Shown: positions 1-9,732 of the stretch, piece after piece
How the letters are laid out: every line of letters starts with the position of its first letter
Position numbering within the stretch: position 1 is the stretch's first letter
DNA from: Gemmatimonadales bacterium
GTDB lineage: Bacteria; Gemmatimonadota; Gemmatimonadetes; Gemmatimonadales; GWC2-71-9
Assembly (NCBI GenBank): GCA_050733215.1
Contig: JBOHSN010000002.1
Span: 3,933-67,932, forward strand
Direction of reading: 5' to 3'
DNA: 64,000 nucleotides
The notes under the pieces: generated by a model
What the model was told of the DNA's origin: nothing
What the model saw: the letters and a program-made list of their open reading frames with translations, nothing else
The model's database searches: none
Program-made: the position numbers and the translations under genes

Positions 1-562
1 GTCGGACAGCCGCCTGGGAGGAGTACGGCGGGCGCGGGAACACGGGGTCGTTTACGCCCGCTGGAACGGCCCCCCGGTGACGCGCGAGTGTGCGGGCGAG
101 CGCCGGCCCCATGGGCACGGTACGCCGGTGGTGCTTGGTGGTCTCAACGCCTCCCTGCCCCCGAATGCGCAGGGTTCGCTCTGCAAACCGAACGTCCTGC
201 CAGGTGAGTCCGAGCGCCTCGGCGATTCGGAGGCCCGTCGAAGCGAGCAGCTGGAACAGCGGCGCCCACTCGGCGGGCAGCTCCAGGTATAGCTGGGCCA
301 GTCCGTCGGCGGACAACCAGCGGTCCCTGCCGGGGTTCTCCTTCACCCGGGGCAGCGCAATCCGGGGCACCGCCAGCCCCTTCACCTCCTCGCACCAGCG
401 GAGGAACGCGGATATAGCGACGAAATCCCGGTTTACGGTGACGGCGTCGGCCCCCGCCGCTATACGGGCCGCCCGCAGGTCGAGGAAGAAACCCCGAGTG
501 AGCCCCTGCAGCTTGAGCGCCCGCCCCTGCGGGGCCGTCTTGAAGACGCGCTCGACGGACAT
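1..562 (-). CDS. Tyrosine recombinase / phage-type integrase, N-terminal ~187 codons; gene runs off the left edge
   Basis: Not in the ORF track because it has no stop inside the window. My own minus-strand translation starts at ATG 562-560: MSVERVFKTAPQGRALKLQGLTRGFFLDLRAARIAAGADAVTVNRDFVAISAFLRWCEEVKGLAV...LSADGLAQLYLELPAEWAPLFQLLASTGLRIAEALGLTWQDVRF..IRGQGGVETTKHHRRTVPMGPALARTL. It shows a SAM-like N-domain followed by the catalytic Arg box (TGLRxxEalgLtWqDV) and a K..R.VP strand typical of Xer/phage integrases. The frame is open to position 1. Confidence 0.75.
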   Translation of the reverse strand, partial: MSVERVFKTAPQGRALKLQGLTRGFFLDLRAARIAAGADAVTVNRDFVAISAFLRWCEEVKGLAVPRIALPRVKENPGRDRWLSADGLAQLYLELPAEWAPLFQLLASTGLRIAEALGLTWQDVRFAERTLRIRGQGGVETTKHHRRTVPMGPALARTLARHRGAVPAGVNDPVFPRPPYSSQAAVR

Positions 563-705
563 CCGGTATCGCCGGATGGTGTTGGGCGCCCTTATCAAAA
601 GATGCCCCCGTCCACCCGAGCCGGCCGCTGGGTCCGCCAGCAATCCGGGCCCGAGGGATACGCCGCCTTCATCCCGGCATCCCTCCCGCCCCGGCCCCCG
701 CCGGC

Positions 706-984
706 AACGAGCTCACCAAGACGGCGGCCAGCAACGCGTACGAGGCGCTGTACATCGTCCGGCCGTTCTTCCTCCGCACCCGGGGCAGCACGTCGCTCCT
801 GCTTCCCAATGCCTTCGGTCCGGCGGTGTATGTGAACGGGACGCTGTTGGGCGGGGTCGAGGTGCTCAAGACCGTCATGGCTGCCGACGTGATGATGATT
901 CGGAAGGTCGAATCGTGGGATGCCGCGACGAAGTACGGCCCCGGCTATCCCGATGGGGTGCTGGAGGTGACGACGGGCCCTTAG
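706..984 (+). pseudogene. 5'-truncated remnant of a small plug-like-domain protein (TonB-dependent-receptor plug-like module)
   Basis: My own frame-1 translation: NELTKTAASNAYEALYIVRPFFLRTRGSTSLLLPNAFGPAVYVNGTLLGGVEVLKTVMAADVMMIRKVESWDAATKYGPGYPDGVLEVTTGP*. The pattern (..VYVnG...G....L..i.a..V..I......A..kYG....GVleVtT) resembles plug-type domains. The frame is open back to TGA 541-543 but has no ATG/GTG/TTG start and no signal peptide. Confidence 0.35.
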
Positions 985-1330
985 GAAGCGGAAGATGCTG
1001 GCCAACACGTGGGGGGGCCTCCGCACTACGGTTCCGGCGCGGTCCCCCTGGTCGGCGTCGGCCGCAGGCAGAGCACGGTCACCTTGTGACGGAAATAGTT
1101 GTCGGGCCAGGTGTTCTTGTCCCGCAGGATGGAAGACACCTTGTACCGGAGAGTGCCTGCCACCGAGCCGGGCACCCGGTCGTACCCTGATTCCTCTCGA
1201 ACCGGTCGGGCCGGAGGCAGACGGGACCGAACCGTCCGGGATCCTGCGCAGAAGAGCCGAGCCGCAGTGTAGACACTAGTGTAGACAGTCGAGCGCGGAA
1301 TTGTCCGGTCTGAGGCAGGCTCAAACGGAG

Positions 1331-1366
1331 AAGCCCCCTCACCATTGAGGGGGCTTTCTCTGCTTT
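1331..1366 (+). terminator. Intrinsic-terminator-like hairpin
   Basis: AAGCCCCCTCA-ccat-TGAGGGGGCTT forms a perfect 11-bp stem, followed on the plus strand by TCTCTGCTTT. On the minus strand the tail is CTCCGTTTGAG, so it may act in both directions. Confidence 0.5.
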
Positions 1367-1419
1367 GGACGGTCACTTACGGACTTCCGCGGACTAGCAC
1401 AGAGATCAATGCCATCCAC

Positions 1420-1456
<37 letters not shown>

Positions 1457-1569
1457 AGGGGGGAGCCAAACCTACTGATGTATAAGGGGTTCTGCAATGG
1501 ACACCTGAGCACACCATCCCGTGCATCGAGGCGCGCGACCGGGCGCCACCGGCGAAGCGGCGGCGAGCC

Positions 1570-1989
1570 TCAGGGCTGGTGGGTCACGCTGTACGCGGCG
1601 CCCGGTACCACGTCGTACGTTCCCCGTATCGCCCCCTCATCCACCCCCACGCTGTAGTGTCCGGCTCGGCTCACATCAGGCACCCACACCTGGATCAGCG
1701 GCCCGTCCACAATCGGGCCGAACACCATGGCCCTGGCGCCCGTGGCCGTTAGCGTGTGAAAGACCTCGTATCCGGCCAGCCCGGTCACCGAGTCCACCGC
1801 GCCACCCAGGACCGTGAGCAGGAGTCCGCCGTCCTCGAGATTCGCCGCGGTGACCACATGGAAGTTGAGGGCCCCCGGCTCGCCGGGAGGGGGCGGCGGC
1901 GGCGGCGGCGGCCCCACGCCGTCGCTGCCCCCACATGCGAATCCGACGCACGAGAGCGCGAGCGTCAAGGCGGACCCGCGCCGGCTCAT
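1570..1989 (-). CDS. Small lipoprotein with a poly-proline linker
   Basis: Internal ATG of track ORF 1570..3504 gives MSRRGSALTLALSCVGFACGGSDGVGPPPPPPPPPGEPG... This has a lipobox (LSCVGFAC) followed by P9 and a beta-rich domain. Its start overlaps the stop of the M6 protease gene by 4 nt. Confidence 0.8.
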   Translation of the reverse strand: MSRRGSALTLALSCVGFACGGSDGVGPPPPPPPPPGEPGALNFHVVTAANLEDGGLLLTVLGGAVDSVTGLAGYEVFHTLTATGARAMVFGPIVDGPLIQVWVPDVSRAGHYSVGVDEGAIRGTYDVVPGAAYSVTHQP

Positions 1990-4226
1990 GGCGCTTCCCT
2001 GCTGGCGAGCCGCTGCGCGGCGTCCGCGGCGGCCAGCAGCTCGCGGAGCATGTCCGCGCTCAGCGTGGCCCGGTTCCGCTCGAGGTAGGCCAGCACGTCG
2101 CCAACATCGAGCCGCCCGTTCCTGTTGCCCTGCCCGTCCAGGCCCTGCGTGACCGGTGCGGAGAGCGTGGGTCCCGAGCCGAAGAGCGCGCGCACGGCAT
2201 CCACGATCGCCACGACCTCCGGCGACACGCTGAACCGCGCCTGGAGCAGATACGGACGCTTCATCGGCAGTTCGATGGTGGGCGACGGTCCGGTGGTATC
2301 GCCGATCCAGCCGAGGAACTCCGCGCCGGGGGCGGGCGTGGCCGTGAGCGTGACCCTGGTGTTCGCCGGCACGAACGCCCCGGTTGACACCCCGGGTACC
2401 GAGCCGGTCACCACGCCGGTGCCCACCCAGTCGGCAAAGACGCGGAACTCCCGGTCGTACCGCGCCGTGAGCGTGTCCGGCGCGCTCTGCCTCGGGGAGA
2501 GAACGAACGTGCGCGGCTGCCCGTTGCTCCACTCGCGGAACCGGTAGCGTGCGTCGCCGCCTTGGAGCGAGACCTCCACGGCCGACACCTCGACGTCCGT
2601 GCCGGGCGCCAGCACGTCCTCGAACGGCGCGGCGACGACGCCATCCACCGTCACCTCGAGCGTCGCGGGATCGCCCGCGATCCGCGATCGTCCGCGCCGG
2701 GTGAAGCGAAACCGCATCGCACCGGCCGGCACCAGCTGCTCGATGCGGTCCAGCATGAATCCGGCGAAGCCGCCCGCGTTGTCCTCCGCGCGGGGGTTGG
2801 TCATCCAGGAGAGCCGCCGCTTGTCGGTGCTGCCGGGGAACGGATCGCCGCTGTCGCCGCGGTTGGAGCCGCCCGGCGCGCGCAGCTGGTTGAACCCATC
2901 GGCCTGGATCAGGGCGACGCCGTGGATCGATCCGGAGTTCACGGTGTTCGTGGTCTGGAATCCCTCGGCCTCCACCTTGCCCTGGTCGATGTGCCACACC
3001 AGGAGCCCGGGCGTCCGCCCTCCTGGGCGCAGCGGATTCAGCAGCGCACTGTCGCTCTCCAGCGGTTGCCGGTTTTCCACCAGGAAGTATTCGTCCCGCT
3101 CGGACACCGGAATCACGAACACGCTGTCGCTCCGCGTCACCGGGCCGGTGGTGACGGTCCGCGATCCGTTGAGCGTGTCCACGGCGACCCACCCCATCTC
3201 CGCGAGCGACCAGGCCTCGAACCGGGCAGGGCTGTCCGGCGAGCGGTAGTTGCCGCTCCCCATCAGCCCCCATTCGCCGATGCCCTGGCTCGCGCCGAAC
3301 GACGGCGCGGTGTCGTAGAGGTCGGGGAGGCCGAACGCGTGACCGGTCTCGTGCGCCACCGTGCCGATCGGCATGATCTGCCCGCCGGCGCACGCCGACG
3401 AGCCGCCGACGCCGCTCTGCATCGTGTAGTCGTCCACCAGGATCCGCTCGCCGGGACGGCCGGAGCGCGTGCTGCGGGTCTGGTAGGGCTGGCCCCCGTT
3501 CCACACGCTGATCACCCAGCGGTGCGCCCAGATATGGCGGGTGCGGCAGGCGCCGTCCACGTCCGGATGGATGAACGTGACGAAGTCCACGTAGCCGTCG
3601 TCGTCCCCCGAGTTGGGCACCGCATCGGGCCCGTCGTTGTCGAACCGCCCCCAGTCGAACAGGCCATCATCGAAGTGCCTCAGCGCGCCGACCAGCAGCT
3701 CGCCCAGGCGCCCGAAGTTCGGACAGGAATTGAGCACCCCGACGCCGTTGCAGCCGTCCTCGTAATAGGTGTTCGGCTCCGGGGCGAGCCACCAGCCGCG
3801 CACCGTCCCCTGAAGCCGAACGCTGCCGTTCGACACCTGCACGTAGAAGCTGCGCAGGCTGTAGGGCCGGTCCACGGGTGCGTCGTCGAACAGGACGGTC
3901 TGGTAGCGCGAAGCTGGAAACGGCTCCCCGACGTTGGACGGACGGACGAGAATGACCGGAACGTTGAACGTGCCCTCGACCCGCGCCGCGGAGCCGCTGA
4001 CGGCGGCCGCCGCGTTGAGCCGCGAGACGGCCCCCAGGCGAAGGAGCGCCCGGCGAATCTCCCGGACCGGCGACGCCCGCCGCCGCCACGCCCCGTCGCT
4101 GCGGAAGTCGAGACCGCGCACCTCGAATCGACCCGGCTCGGCGCGAGGATACTGCGCCTCGGCCGCGGCGGCGAGCGCGGCGAGCAGAAGCGCAGCGAGA
4201 CCGGGACCCACGCGACGGCGGAACAC
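1986..4226 (-). CDS. M6-family (immune inhibitor A-like) secreted zinc metalloprotease
   Basis: 746 aa with a signal peptide (..ALAAAAEAQ) and the HExxH zinc site HETGHAFGLPDLYD. There is a long beta-rich C-terminal region and a dockerin/EF-hand-like DGQGNRNGRLDVGDVLAYL near the C-terminus. Confidence 0.9.
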   Translation of the reverse strand: MFRRRVGPGLAALLLAALAAAAEAQYPRAEPGRFEVRGLDFRSDGAWRRRASPVREIRRALLRLGAVSRLNAAAAVSGSAARVEGTFNVPVILVRPSNVGEPFPASRYQTVLFDDAPVDRPYSLRSFYVQVSNGSVRLQGTVRGWWLAPEPNTYYEDGCNGVGVLNSCPNFGRLGELLVGALRHFDDGLFDWGRFDNDGPDAVPNSGDDDGYVDFVTFIHPDVDGACRTRHIWAHRWVISVWNGGQPYQTRSTRSGRPGERILVDDYTMQSGVGGSSACAGGQIMPIGTVAHETGHAFGLPDLYDTAPSFGASQGIGEWGLMGSGNYRSPDSPARFEAWSLAEMGWVAVDTLNGSRTVTTGPVTRSDSVFVIPVSERDEYFLVENRQPLESDSALLNPLRPGGRTPGLLVWHIDQGKVEAEGFQTTNTVNSGSIHGVALIQADGFNQLRAPGGSNRGDSGDPFPGSTDKRRLSWMTNPRAEDNAGGFAGFMLDRIEQLVPAGAMRFRFTRRGRSRIAGDPATLEVTVDGVVAAPFEDVLAPGTDVEVSAVEVSLQGGDARYRFREWSNGQPRTFVLSPRQSAPDTLTARYDREFRVFADWVGTGVVTGSVPGVSTGAFVPANTRVTLTATPAPGAEFLGWIGDTTGPSPTIELPMKRPYLLQARFSVSPEVVAIVDAVRALFGSGPTLSAPVTQGLDGQGNRNGRLDVGDVLAYLERNRATLSADMLRELLAAADAAQRLASREAP

Positions 4227-4299
4227 TCGGCGGCGCTCGATGTGTGGCGGAAGTGGCGGAAAGATGTGCGGGAGGCTACGGCGGGCGCAAACCGCCGGT

Positions 4300-5013
4300 T
4301 CAGCTCATCTGCTTTGCGATCTGGGGCGCGGGGGTGATCTGGAACCGGAAGTGCTGCTCCACGAGCTGTCGCACCTTCTCGCCGGCCCGGATCGCCGGCT
4401 TGAAGTGCATCTGTCTCAGCCCCTCACGCACCGCGGTGGTGAACATCGGGTGCGGGCTGCTGAGGAAGCGAACCGAGGTCGAATCCACCAGTCCGGTGGT
4501 GTCCACCACGAAGATGGCGAACACGACCCCCTCGGCGCCCTGGGCGAGCAACGCGGGAGGGTACAGCGGCGCGGCGCTCCATTCGTGCCGCTCCACCTCC
4601 TCGTCCACCTCGAGCACGCTGAACGCGGTATCCGGAAGGACGTCGGTGAGGGTGACTCCGGTGGGGAGCTGGCCGCGCGCGCCGGTCTCTTCCTCCCCGC
4701 GGGCGCGGGCGCCATGGGCCGGCGGCCGGCTGCGCCAGCCCTCACCGGCCTTGGTGAGCACCGGGCCGTTCTGGATGTCGCCGCCTTGCCGGGCCCACTG
4801 GATCGCCTCGAACTGGCGGGACCGGACGTCCACCCGGTCGGGCGGCAGCAGGAAGAACACCCGCGCCTCCCGCTCGTCGACGGGGAGCTGCCGGCCGCCT
4901 TCGGTCGCCAGCACCCCGCCCCAGATCACGGCCGCGTGCGCGACGATGCTCAGCATCGCGCATTCGGCGGTCTGGAAGAAACTCCGGTTCGATTCGAGGA
5001 GCGTGACGCGCAT
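4300..5013 (-). CDS. tonB: TonB-family energy transducer
   Basis: 237 aa with an N-terminal TM helix (AMLSIVAHAAVIWGGVLA), a charged linker and a TonB_C-like end (PLYPPALLAQGAEGVVFAIFVVDTTGLVD...FKPAIRAGEKVRQLVEQHFRF). Confidence 0.8.
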   Translation of the reverse strand: MRVTLLESNRSFFQTAECAMLSIVAHAAVIWGGVLATEGGRQLPVDEREARVFFLLPPDRVDVRSRQFEAIQWARQGGDIQNGPVLTKAGEGWRSRPPAHGARARGEEETGARGQLPTGVTLTDVLPDTAFSVLEVDEEVERHEWSAAPLYPPALLAQGAEGVVFAIFVVDTTGLVDSTSVRFLSSPHPMFTTAVREGLRQMHFKPAIRAGEKVRQLVEQHFRFQITPAPQIAKQMS

Positions 5014-5188
5014 TCGCGAGCCCGGGTGACCGGAAAGCGCAGAGAACTACTTACAGTATATATGACGCGCGACCCGGCACCGGCAAGACAGCCGGGGGGA
5101 AGTGGCAGGGTGAAACGCATTGGTGACTGCAAGAGATTTCACAGAAGGGCAGTTCTCCATGTCCTCCCCCCTCCCTGTGAATTCCCTT

Positions 5189-6097
5189 TCAGAGAATCCG
5201 GAGCCCGAACGCGCTCCGCACCAGACCCACGGCGAGCTCGGCCGTCCGGTTGTAGTGGTCGAGCACGGGGTTGATCTCGACCACGTCCATCGACACCACC
5301 CGCGCCGTGTCGGCCAGCATTTCCATCGCCAGGTGCGCCTCGCGGTAGGTGGCGCCACCTCGGACCGGCGTGCCCACCCCGGACGCTTCACCCGGGTCGA
5401 TCCAGTCCATGTCCAACGAAACGTGGATGCCGTCGGTCCCATCGCGGGCCAGACCGAGCGCGTCTTCCATCACAGCCTTGAGCCCGCGTTCGTCCACTTC
5501 GCGCATCGTAAAGACTCGGACGCCGAACCGGCGCGCGTGCTCCCGCTCGGCGGGGTCCAGATCGCGGATGCCCACGAGTGCCGCGTTGCCGGGCCGGATT
5601 GCCGGGGCGGGACAGGCGATCCGTGCCATCCCCTCATCGCCGTATCCGAGCAGATGCGCGACGGGCATCCCATGGACGTTACCGCTCAGGGTGCTGTCCG
5701 GCGTGTTGAGATCGCCATGCGCGTCGAGCCAGAGCAGGCCGAGCCGCTGCTGACGCTCGGCCATCGCGGTCGATACGCCCGCCACCGAGCCCGCGCCGAG
5801 CGAATGGTCGCCGCCGAGCACCAACGGCGCGAAGCCGTCCCGCACCGCCTGCGCCGTGGCGGCGGCGAGATCGCGGCAGACATCCGTGATGGTGGGGAGG
5901 AATCCGATCGGGGTCGAGACACCCGAGACCGAGGCCCGGTCGGGGATGCGGAGGTTGCCGATGTCTTCGACTTCATGTCCCAGCTCGCGCAGGCGTTCAG
6001 CGAGCTGCGCGATCCGCAGCGTGGATGGCCCCATGTCCACGCCCCGCCGGCTGGCGCCCAGGTCGAGCGGGACGCCGATCATGCGGATTCTGCCCAC
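5189..6097 (-). CDS. rocF: Arginase (ureohydrolase family)
   Basis: 302 aa with Mn-site motifs GGDHSLG, DAHGDLNTP and SLDMDWIDP. Length is typical of arginase. Confidence 0.85.
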   Translation of the reverse strand: MGRIRMIGVPLDLGASRRGVDMGPSTLRIAQLAERLRELGHEVEDIGNLRIPDRASVSGVSTPIGFLPTITDVCRDLAAATAQAVRDGFAPLVLGGDHSLGAGSVAGVSTAMAERQQRLGLLWLDAHGDLNTPDSTLSGNVHGMPVAHLLGYGDEGMARIACPAPAIRPGNAALVGIRDLDPAEREHARRFGVRVFTMREVDERGLKAVMEDALGLARDGTDGIHVSLDMDWIDPGEASGVGTPVRGGATYREAHLAMEMLADTARVVSMDVVEINPVLDHYNRTAELAVGLVRSAFGLRIL

Positions 6098-6127
6098 GGT
6101 CGCGTCCTCCTCCGGTGCGCCGGTAAG

Positions 6128-6523
6128 CTAGGGCAGCGGCCGCAACGCGTCCACGTAATACGGCGTCTGGCCGAAGCAGCTGGTGGGAACGCCGGGATGC
6201 TCGCGATAGTGGAGCGTGACTCGTTTGCCGAGCGCCGCATTCACCTGCCGGGCCACCTCGTCATCGCGGACGGTGAACTCCCAGAGCTCCGGCGCCACGC
6301 CGGGTACCGTGGTCATGGCAAGCTCACCCTCCCACGTTTTGCAGACCCAGCCTTTGCGGGAGAACTTCTGAAGCACGCCGGCGCGCTCGCCGTCGGAGTA
6401 GCTCCAGTTCAGGGCCACGGACGTGTAGAGGCCGAAGGCGAGCAGTGGCAGGGTGAGCCCGGCCGCGAGAATCGCGATCGCCTTGCGGCGGCGCCGACTC
6501 GGAGTGGGAGGCACGGGTGTCAT
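6128..6523 (-). CDS. Hypothetical membrane-anchored protein
   Basis: 131 aa with a basic N-terminus, one TM helix (AIAILAAGLTLPLLAFGLY) and a soluble domain. High GC3 and co-oriented in the operon-like block. Confidence 0.7.
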   Translation of the reverse strand: MTPVPPTPSRRRRKAIAILAAGLTLPLLAFGLYTSVALNWSYSDGERAGVLQKFSRKGWVCKTWEGELAMTTVPGVAPELWEFTVRDDEVARQVNAALGKRVTLHYREHPGVPTSCFGQTPYYVDALRPLP

Positions 6524-6548
6524 AGGGGTGCCGATAATATAGGGGCGA

Positions 6549-8132
6549 CTAGAACCTCGTCACGCGGCTCACCACCAGCGCCCATCCCGGCCGCTGCGCG
6601 TCGGTCCCGAATCGCCGCGCCAAATCGATGCTGAGCGAGCCTCCCTCGGCGGTGCGGCTCGGGCCCAGCCGGATGCCGACACCCGCGTCGGTGCCCGTCC
6701 GCCGCTGCGAGCCGCTGTACCAGGCGCCCCCGTGGTCCACGAACCCCGCAAACCCGATCCCGATCACGTCCCAGAGGTCCTCGGCCGCGGTCCAGCGATA
6801 CTCCGCCGTGAAGTTCACGAACCGGTCTCCGGTGAACGCGTGCGCGTAAAACGCCCGCGGTCCGCGGCCGAGCCCGAGATCGAACTCCTCCCCCGGCACC
6901 GCGTTCTCTTGCCAGCCCGCTTGCCCGAAGAGCGTGAGCGAATGCCGTCGCACGGGCTGTACCAGCCAGGTGCCGCTGAGCCGCACCGTGCCGGAGTCGA
7001 GCCCTTCGCCGCTCACCAGACCGGTTGCCTGAGCCCGGAACGTGGCGAGGCCGCCGGGAAGCCGCGTGCCGGCGAGCGCGTTGACCTGGAGTCCGAGGCC
7101 GTCGCGGTCGTAGCCGAACGCGCCGGGCGCGAGGTAGGTACCGATCAGGAAACCTTCGCTCAGCTCGATGTCCTCCTCGCGAAGGAAGCTCCGGAAATTC
7201 CGCACCACGGTGAAGGAGGAGCGCGTGAGCCAGACGTACGGCCCGACCGCCGCGGTGATCGTGCGCGGAAACGGGACCGTTCCCACGGCCGCACGCTCGA
7301 GGAAATCGTCCCGCCGCACCTGACCCAGGAGCCCGATCCGCACGAAGCCCCGCGAGGACGCGACCACGGCCCGCGCGGCATCGGCGCGAAGCAGGGCGTA
7401 CCGCCGCCGGAGCACGACGGACGCCGTACGCTCACCTCCGAAGAAGCGGAGCACGTCGCCGTTGAAGTCGATGGCCGCCGCGCTGGCGCCTGAACGGGAC
7501 GCGAGGTTCAGGAACGGCTGCCCCATGCCGAAGCTCAGCGACCGCCCGTCGGAGCGGTCCTGCACGCCGACCTGGAGGTACACCTTCCCCGCGAAGAGCC
7601 GCGGCTGGCGGAAGATCGCCGTGAGCGACGTGCGGTCGGGATGGTCGGAATAGGTCAGCGATCCGTACGCCGCGTTGCCGAAGAGGTTCACCTCCTCGAG
7701 GCCGAGGGCCCACGCGGTCTGCGAACCTGTGCTGCTGAAGTCGATGGTGGGGCGGGTGCTCCACCCGTCCTTCGTCGTGACTCGCAGCACGAGCCCCGAA
7801 TCGGTGCGCATGCTGTCGATCAGAACCCGCCGGAACACCCCGAGCGCGCGGAGATTCCGCGCGGTCTCCGCCACCCGCGCGGAGTCGAACGGCTCGCCCG
7901 CCCGGAACAGAATCTCGCGCTCCACGACCCGGCGCCGAGTCGTGACGTGCAGCGCGTTGCCGACCCGTGCCCACCAGCTCGCCTCTTCATTCCGGTCGAA
8001 GATGCCGTGCCGCTCGACCACGACACCGCGCACGATCTTCGTGCTGTCGGCTTGCGGTCCTCCCGGCGTCTGCGCCGAGAGCGGCGCGCCGAAGACCAGC
8101 ACGGCACTGAGCGCGCGGACACCGCGGCTCAC
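6549..8132 (-). CDS. Omp85/BamA-family outer-membrane protein (POTRA plus surface-antigen barrel)
   Basis: 527 aa with a signal peptide, a POTRA-like N-terminus (VVVERHGIFDRNEE...FRAGEPFDSARVAETARNLRALGVFRRVLID) and a beta-barrel ending in an aromatic residue (..SRVTRF). Confidence 0.8.
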   Translation of the reverse strand: MSRGVRALSAVLVFGAPLSAQTPGGPQADSTKIVRGVVVERHGIFDRNEEASWWARVGNALHVTTRRRVVEREILFRAGEPFDSARVAETARNLRALGVFRRVLIDSMRTDSGLVLRVTTKDGWSTRPTIDFSSTGSQTAWALGLEEVNLFGNAAYGSLTYSDHPDRTSLTAIFRQPRLFAGKVYLQVGVQDRSDGRSLSFGMGQPFLNLASRSGASAAAIDFNGDVLRFFGGERTASVVLRRRYALLRADAARAVVASSRGFVRIGLLGQVRRDDFLERAAVGTVPFPRTITAAVGPYVWLTRSSFTVVRNFRSFLREEDIELSEGFLIGTYLAPGAFGYDRDGLGLQVNALAGTRLPGGLATFRAQATGLVSGEGLDSGTVRLSGTWLVQPVRRHSLTLFGQAGWQENAVPGEEFDLGLGRGPRAFYAHAFTGDRFVNFTAEYRWTAAEDLWDVIGIGFAGFVDHGGAWYSGSQRRTGTDAGVGIRLGPSRTAEGGSLSIDLARRFGTDAQRPGWALVVSRVTRF

Positions 8133-8941
8133 CCTGGGGCCTCGATCCCCGCGCCGACCTCGGCCACGCTGTCCAGAATGCGATCCGGCGTGATCCCGCT
8201 CTCTGCCACCGCTTCAGCCCGGTACTTGCCCGTGCGGACCAGCCATGCCGCGAGGCCGGCCTGCTGCGCGCCCCGGATGTCGGACCAGAGATCGTCGCCC
8301 ACCATCACGATGCGGCCGCGGGTCTCGGACCCATCGCCCAGACGTGCGGCCGCGGCGCGGAAGAACGCCGCGCTTGGCTTGCCGGCGAGCGTGGCCTCGC
8401 ATCCGACCGCGTACTCCAGTCCCGCGACGAACGGGCCCGCGTCGAGGGCCAGCCCGCCTTCGGTTCGGAAGTAGCGGTCGCGGGAGAGCGCCACCAGCGC
8501 CGCGCCCGCGAGCAGATACTCGAACGCCTCCTGCATCAGCCCGTAGGTCCAGCGCTCGCCCAGATCACCCACCAGTACCGCGTCGGGACACGCGTCCGGG
8601 CGGCGGCCGGTGACGCCGCCCCGGAGCGTAACGGCGCCGAGATCGCCGAGCGAGGCCACCGGGGAAAACGGCGCGACCACCCGGCAGCCCCGTTCGGCCA
8701 GCAACGCCGCCGCGGCGATCAGCGGCGTGTGGATCTCTTCACCCACAGCCCCGATGCCGAGGCCGCGGAGCCGCTCGGCGAGCGCCGCGCGCGGCCGGCT
8801 CGTGGTGTTGGTGACGAACCGGAACGGGATGCGCCGCCGGCGGAGCCGCTCGAGCGCCTCGGCGGCGCCGTGCACGGGCCCGTCGCCCACGTAGAGCGTG
8901 CCGTCCAGATCGAACAGATAGGCGCTCGGTTCGGGTGGCAT
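8129..8941 (-). CDS. HAD-superfamily hydrolase, subfamily IIA (NagD-like)
   Basis: 270 aa with the DLDGTLY motif I, FVTNTTS motif II and a GDDLWSDI C-terminal motif. It overlaps the downstream gene by 4 nt. Confidence 0.85.
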   Translation of the reverse strand: MPPEPSAYLFDLDGTLYVGDGPVHGAAEALERLRRRRIPFRFVTNTTSRPRAALAERLRGLGIGAVGEEIHTPLIAAAALLAERGCRVVAPFSPVASLGDLGAVTLRGGVTGRRPDACPDAVLVGDLGERWTYGLMQEAFEYLLAGAALVALSRDRYFRTEGGLALDAGPFVAGLEYAVGCEATLAGKPSAAFFRAAAARLGDGSETRGRIVMVGDDLWSDIRGAQQAGLAAWLVRTGKYRAEAVAESGITPDRILDSVAEVGAGIEAPG

Positions 8942-8980
8942 GGGGCGTGCGTTGGAGCTTTCTTTCAGTGGAGGTTTCCG

Positions 8981-9697
8981 ATGCTCAAGTCGCTGCTGGT
9001 GATCGCCATGGTGGGGCTGGTTCCGCCCGCCCGCCCGCCGATCCGCCTGTCCGCTCCTCCCGCCTACCCGTTCAAGGTCGGCGAGACGCTGCGCTACACC
9101 GCCACACTCGGCTATCTGCCGGTCGGCGAGGCCTCGCTAGCCGTGACGGGGATGGCGCGCGAGCGGGGGGCCGAAACATTTGTGCTCGCGGCGAGCGGCG
9201 AAGGCGGACCGCCCGGCCTCGGCGTGAGCTACCAGATGACCTCCTGGGTGGGCACCGAGAAGTTCACCTCGCGCCGGTTCCACCGGCGCATAACTCAGGC
9301 CGGGCGGGTCTCGGACCAGCGGTTCCTCATCTTTCCCGACTCGGGACGCGTCCGCCAGGAGGGCAGGCCGGAGGTCTGGGGCACCACGCCGGAGCCACTC
9401 GACGAGCTGGCATTCCTCTATTTCCTGCGTACCGTCCCGCTCGAAGTGGGCCGGTCGTACGCGTGGTCTCGCTACTTCCACACCGGGTATAACCCGGTGC
9501 GGGTGCAGGTGCTCGGTCGGGAGACGCTCAGCCTGCCCGGCGGCAGACAGGTGCCCTGCCTCGCGCTCCGGCTCACCGCCCGGAACGCGATCTCGGAGGT
9601 CTGGCTCAGCGACGATGCGCGCCGCCTGCCGGTGCAGTTGCGGGGCCAACTTCCCTTCGGCCAGGTGACCTTACGGCTGAGCCAAATGTCGGGCTGA
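8981..9697 (+). CDS. Secreted DUF3108-like protein
   Basis: Internal ATG at 8981 preceded by GGAGG (8971-8975). It gives MLKSLLVIAMVGLVPPARPP... plus a beta-rich body. The upstream part of track ORF 8729..9697 is antisense to the HAD gene. Confidence 0.8.
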   Translation: MLKSLLVIAMVGLVPPARPPIRLSAPPAYPFKVGETLRYTATLGYLPVGEASLAVTGMARERGAETFVLAASGEGGPPGLGVSYQMTSWVGTEKFTSRRFHRRITQAGRVSDQRFLIFPDSGRVRQEGRPEVWGTTPEPLDELAFLYFLRTVPLEVGRSYAWSRYFHTGYNPVRVQVLGRETLSLPGGRQVPCLALRLTARNAISEVWLSDDARRLPVQLRGQLPFGQVTLRLSQMSG

Positions 9698-9732
9698 TGA
9701 TGGCAGGATGGCCGGATCCATCTGGCCATCGG

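Larger units (their letters stand above)
1..1419. mobile_element. Possible edge of an integrated or decayed integrative element (integrase, gene remnants, ends at a truncated tRNA-Cys)
   Basis: The integrase start lies about 860 bp from a tRNA-Cys 5' half whose missing 3' half would point toward the integrase. The interval holds only start-less protein-like fragments, a 10-bp palindrome with flanking 9-bp direct repeats (1267-1287) and a strong hairpin. The other end is outside the window. Confidence 0.35.

Noticed and set aside
90-1190. 366-aa plus-strand ORF at the left edge
   Set aside because: Over 90-562 it is antisense to the integrase reading frame. The remainder is Arg/Pro/Ser-rich without motifs.
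1570-3504. 644-aa minus-strand ORF, plus several 100-600-aa ORFs on both strands across 1500-4340
   Set aside because: These are alternative-frame or antisense shadows of the M6 protease gene. Their products are Arg/Gly/Pro/Ala-rich with no motifs. Only the last 139 codons (1570..1989) form a credible lipoprotein gene.
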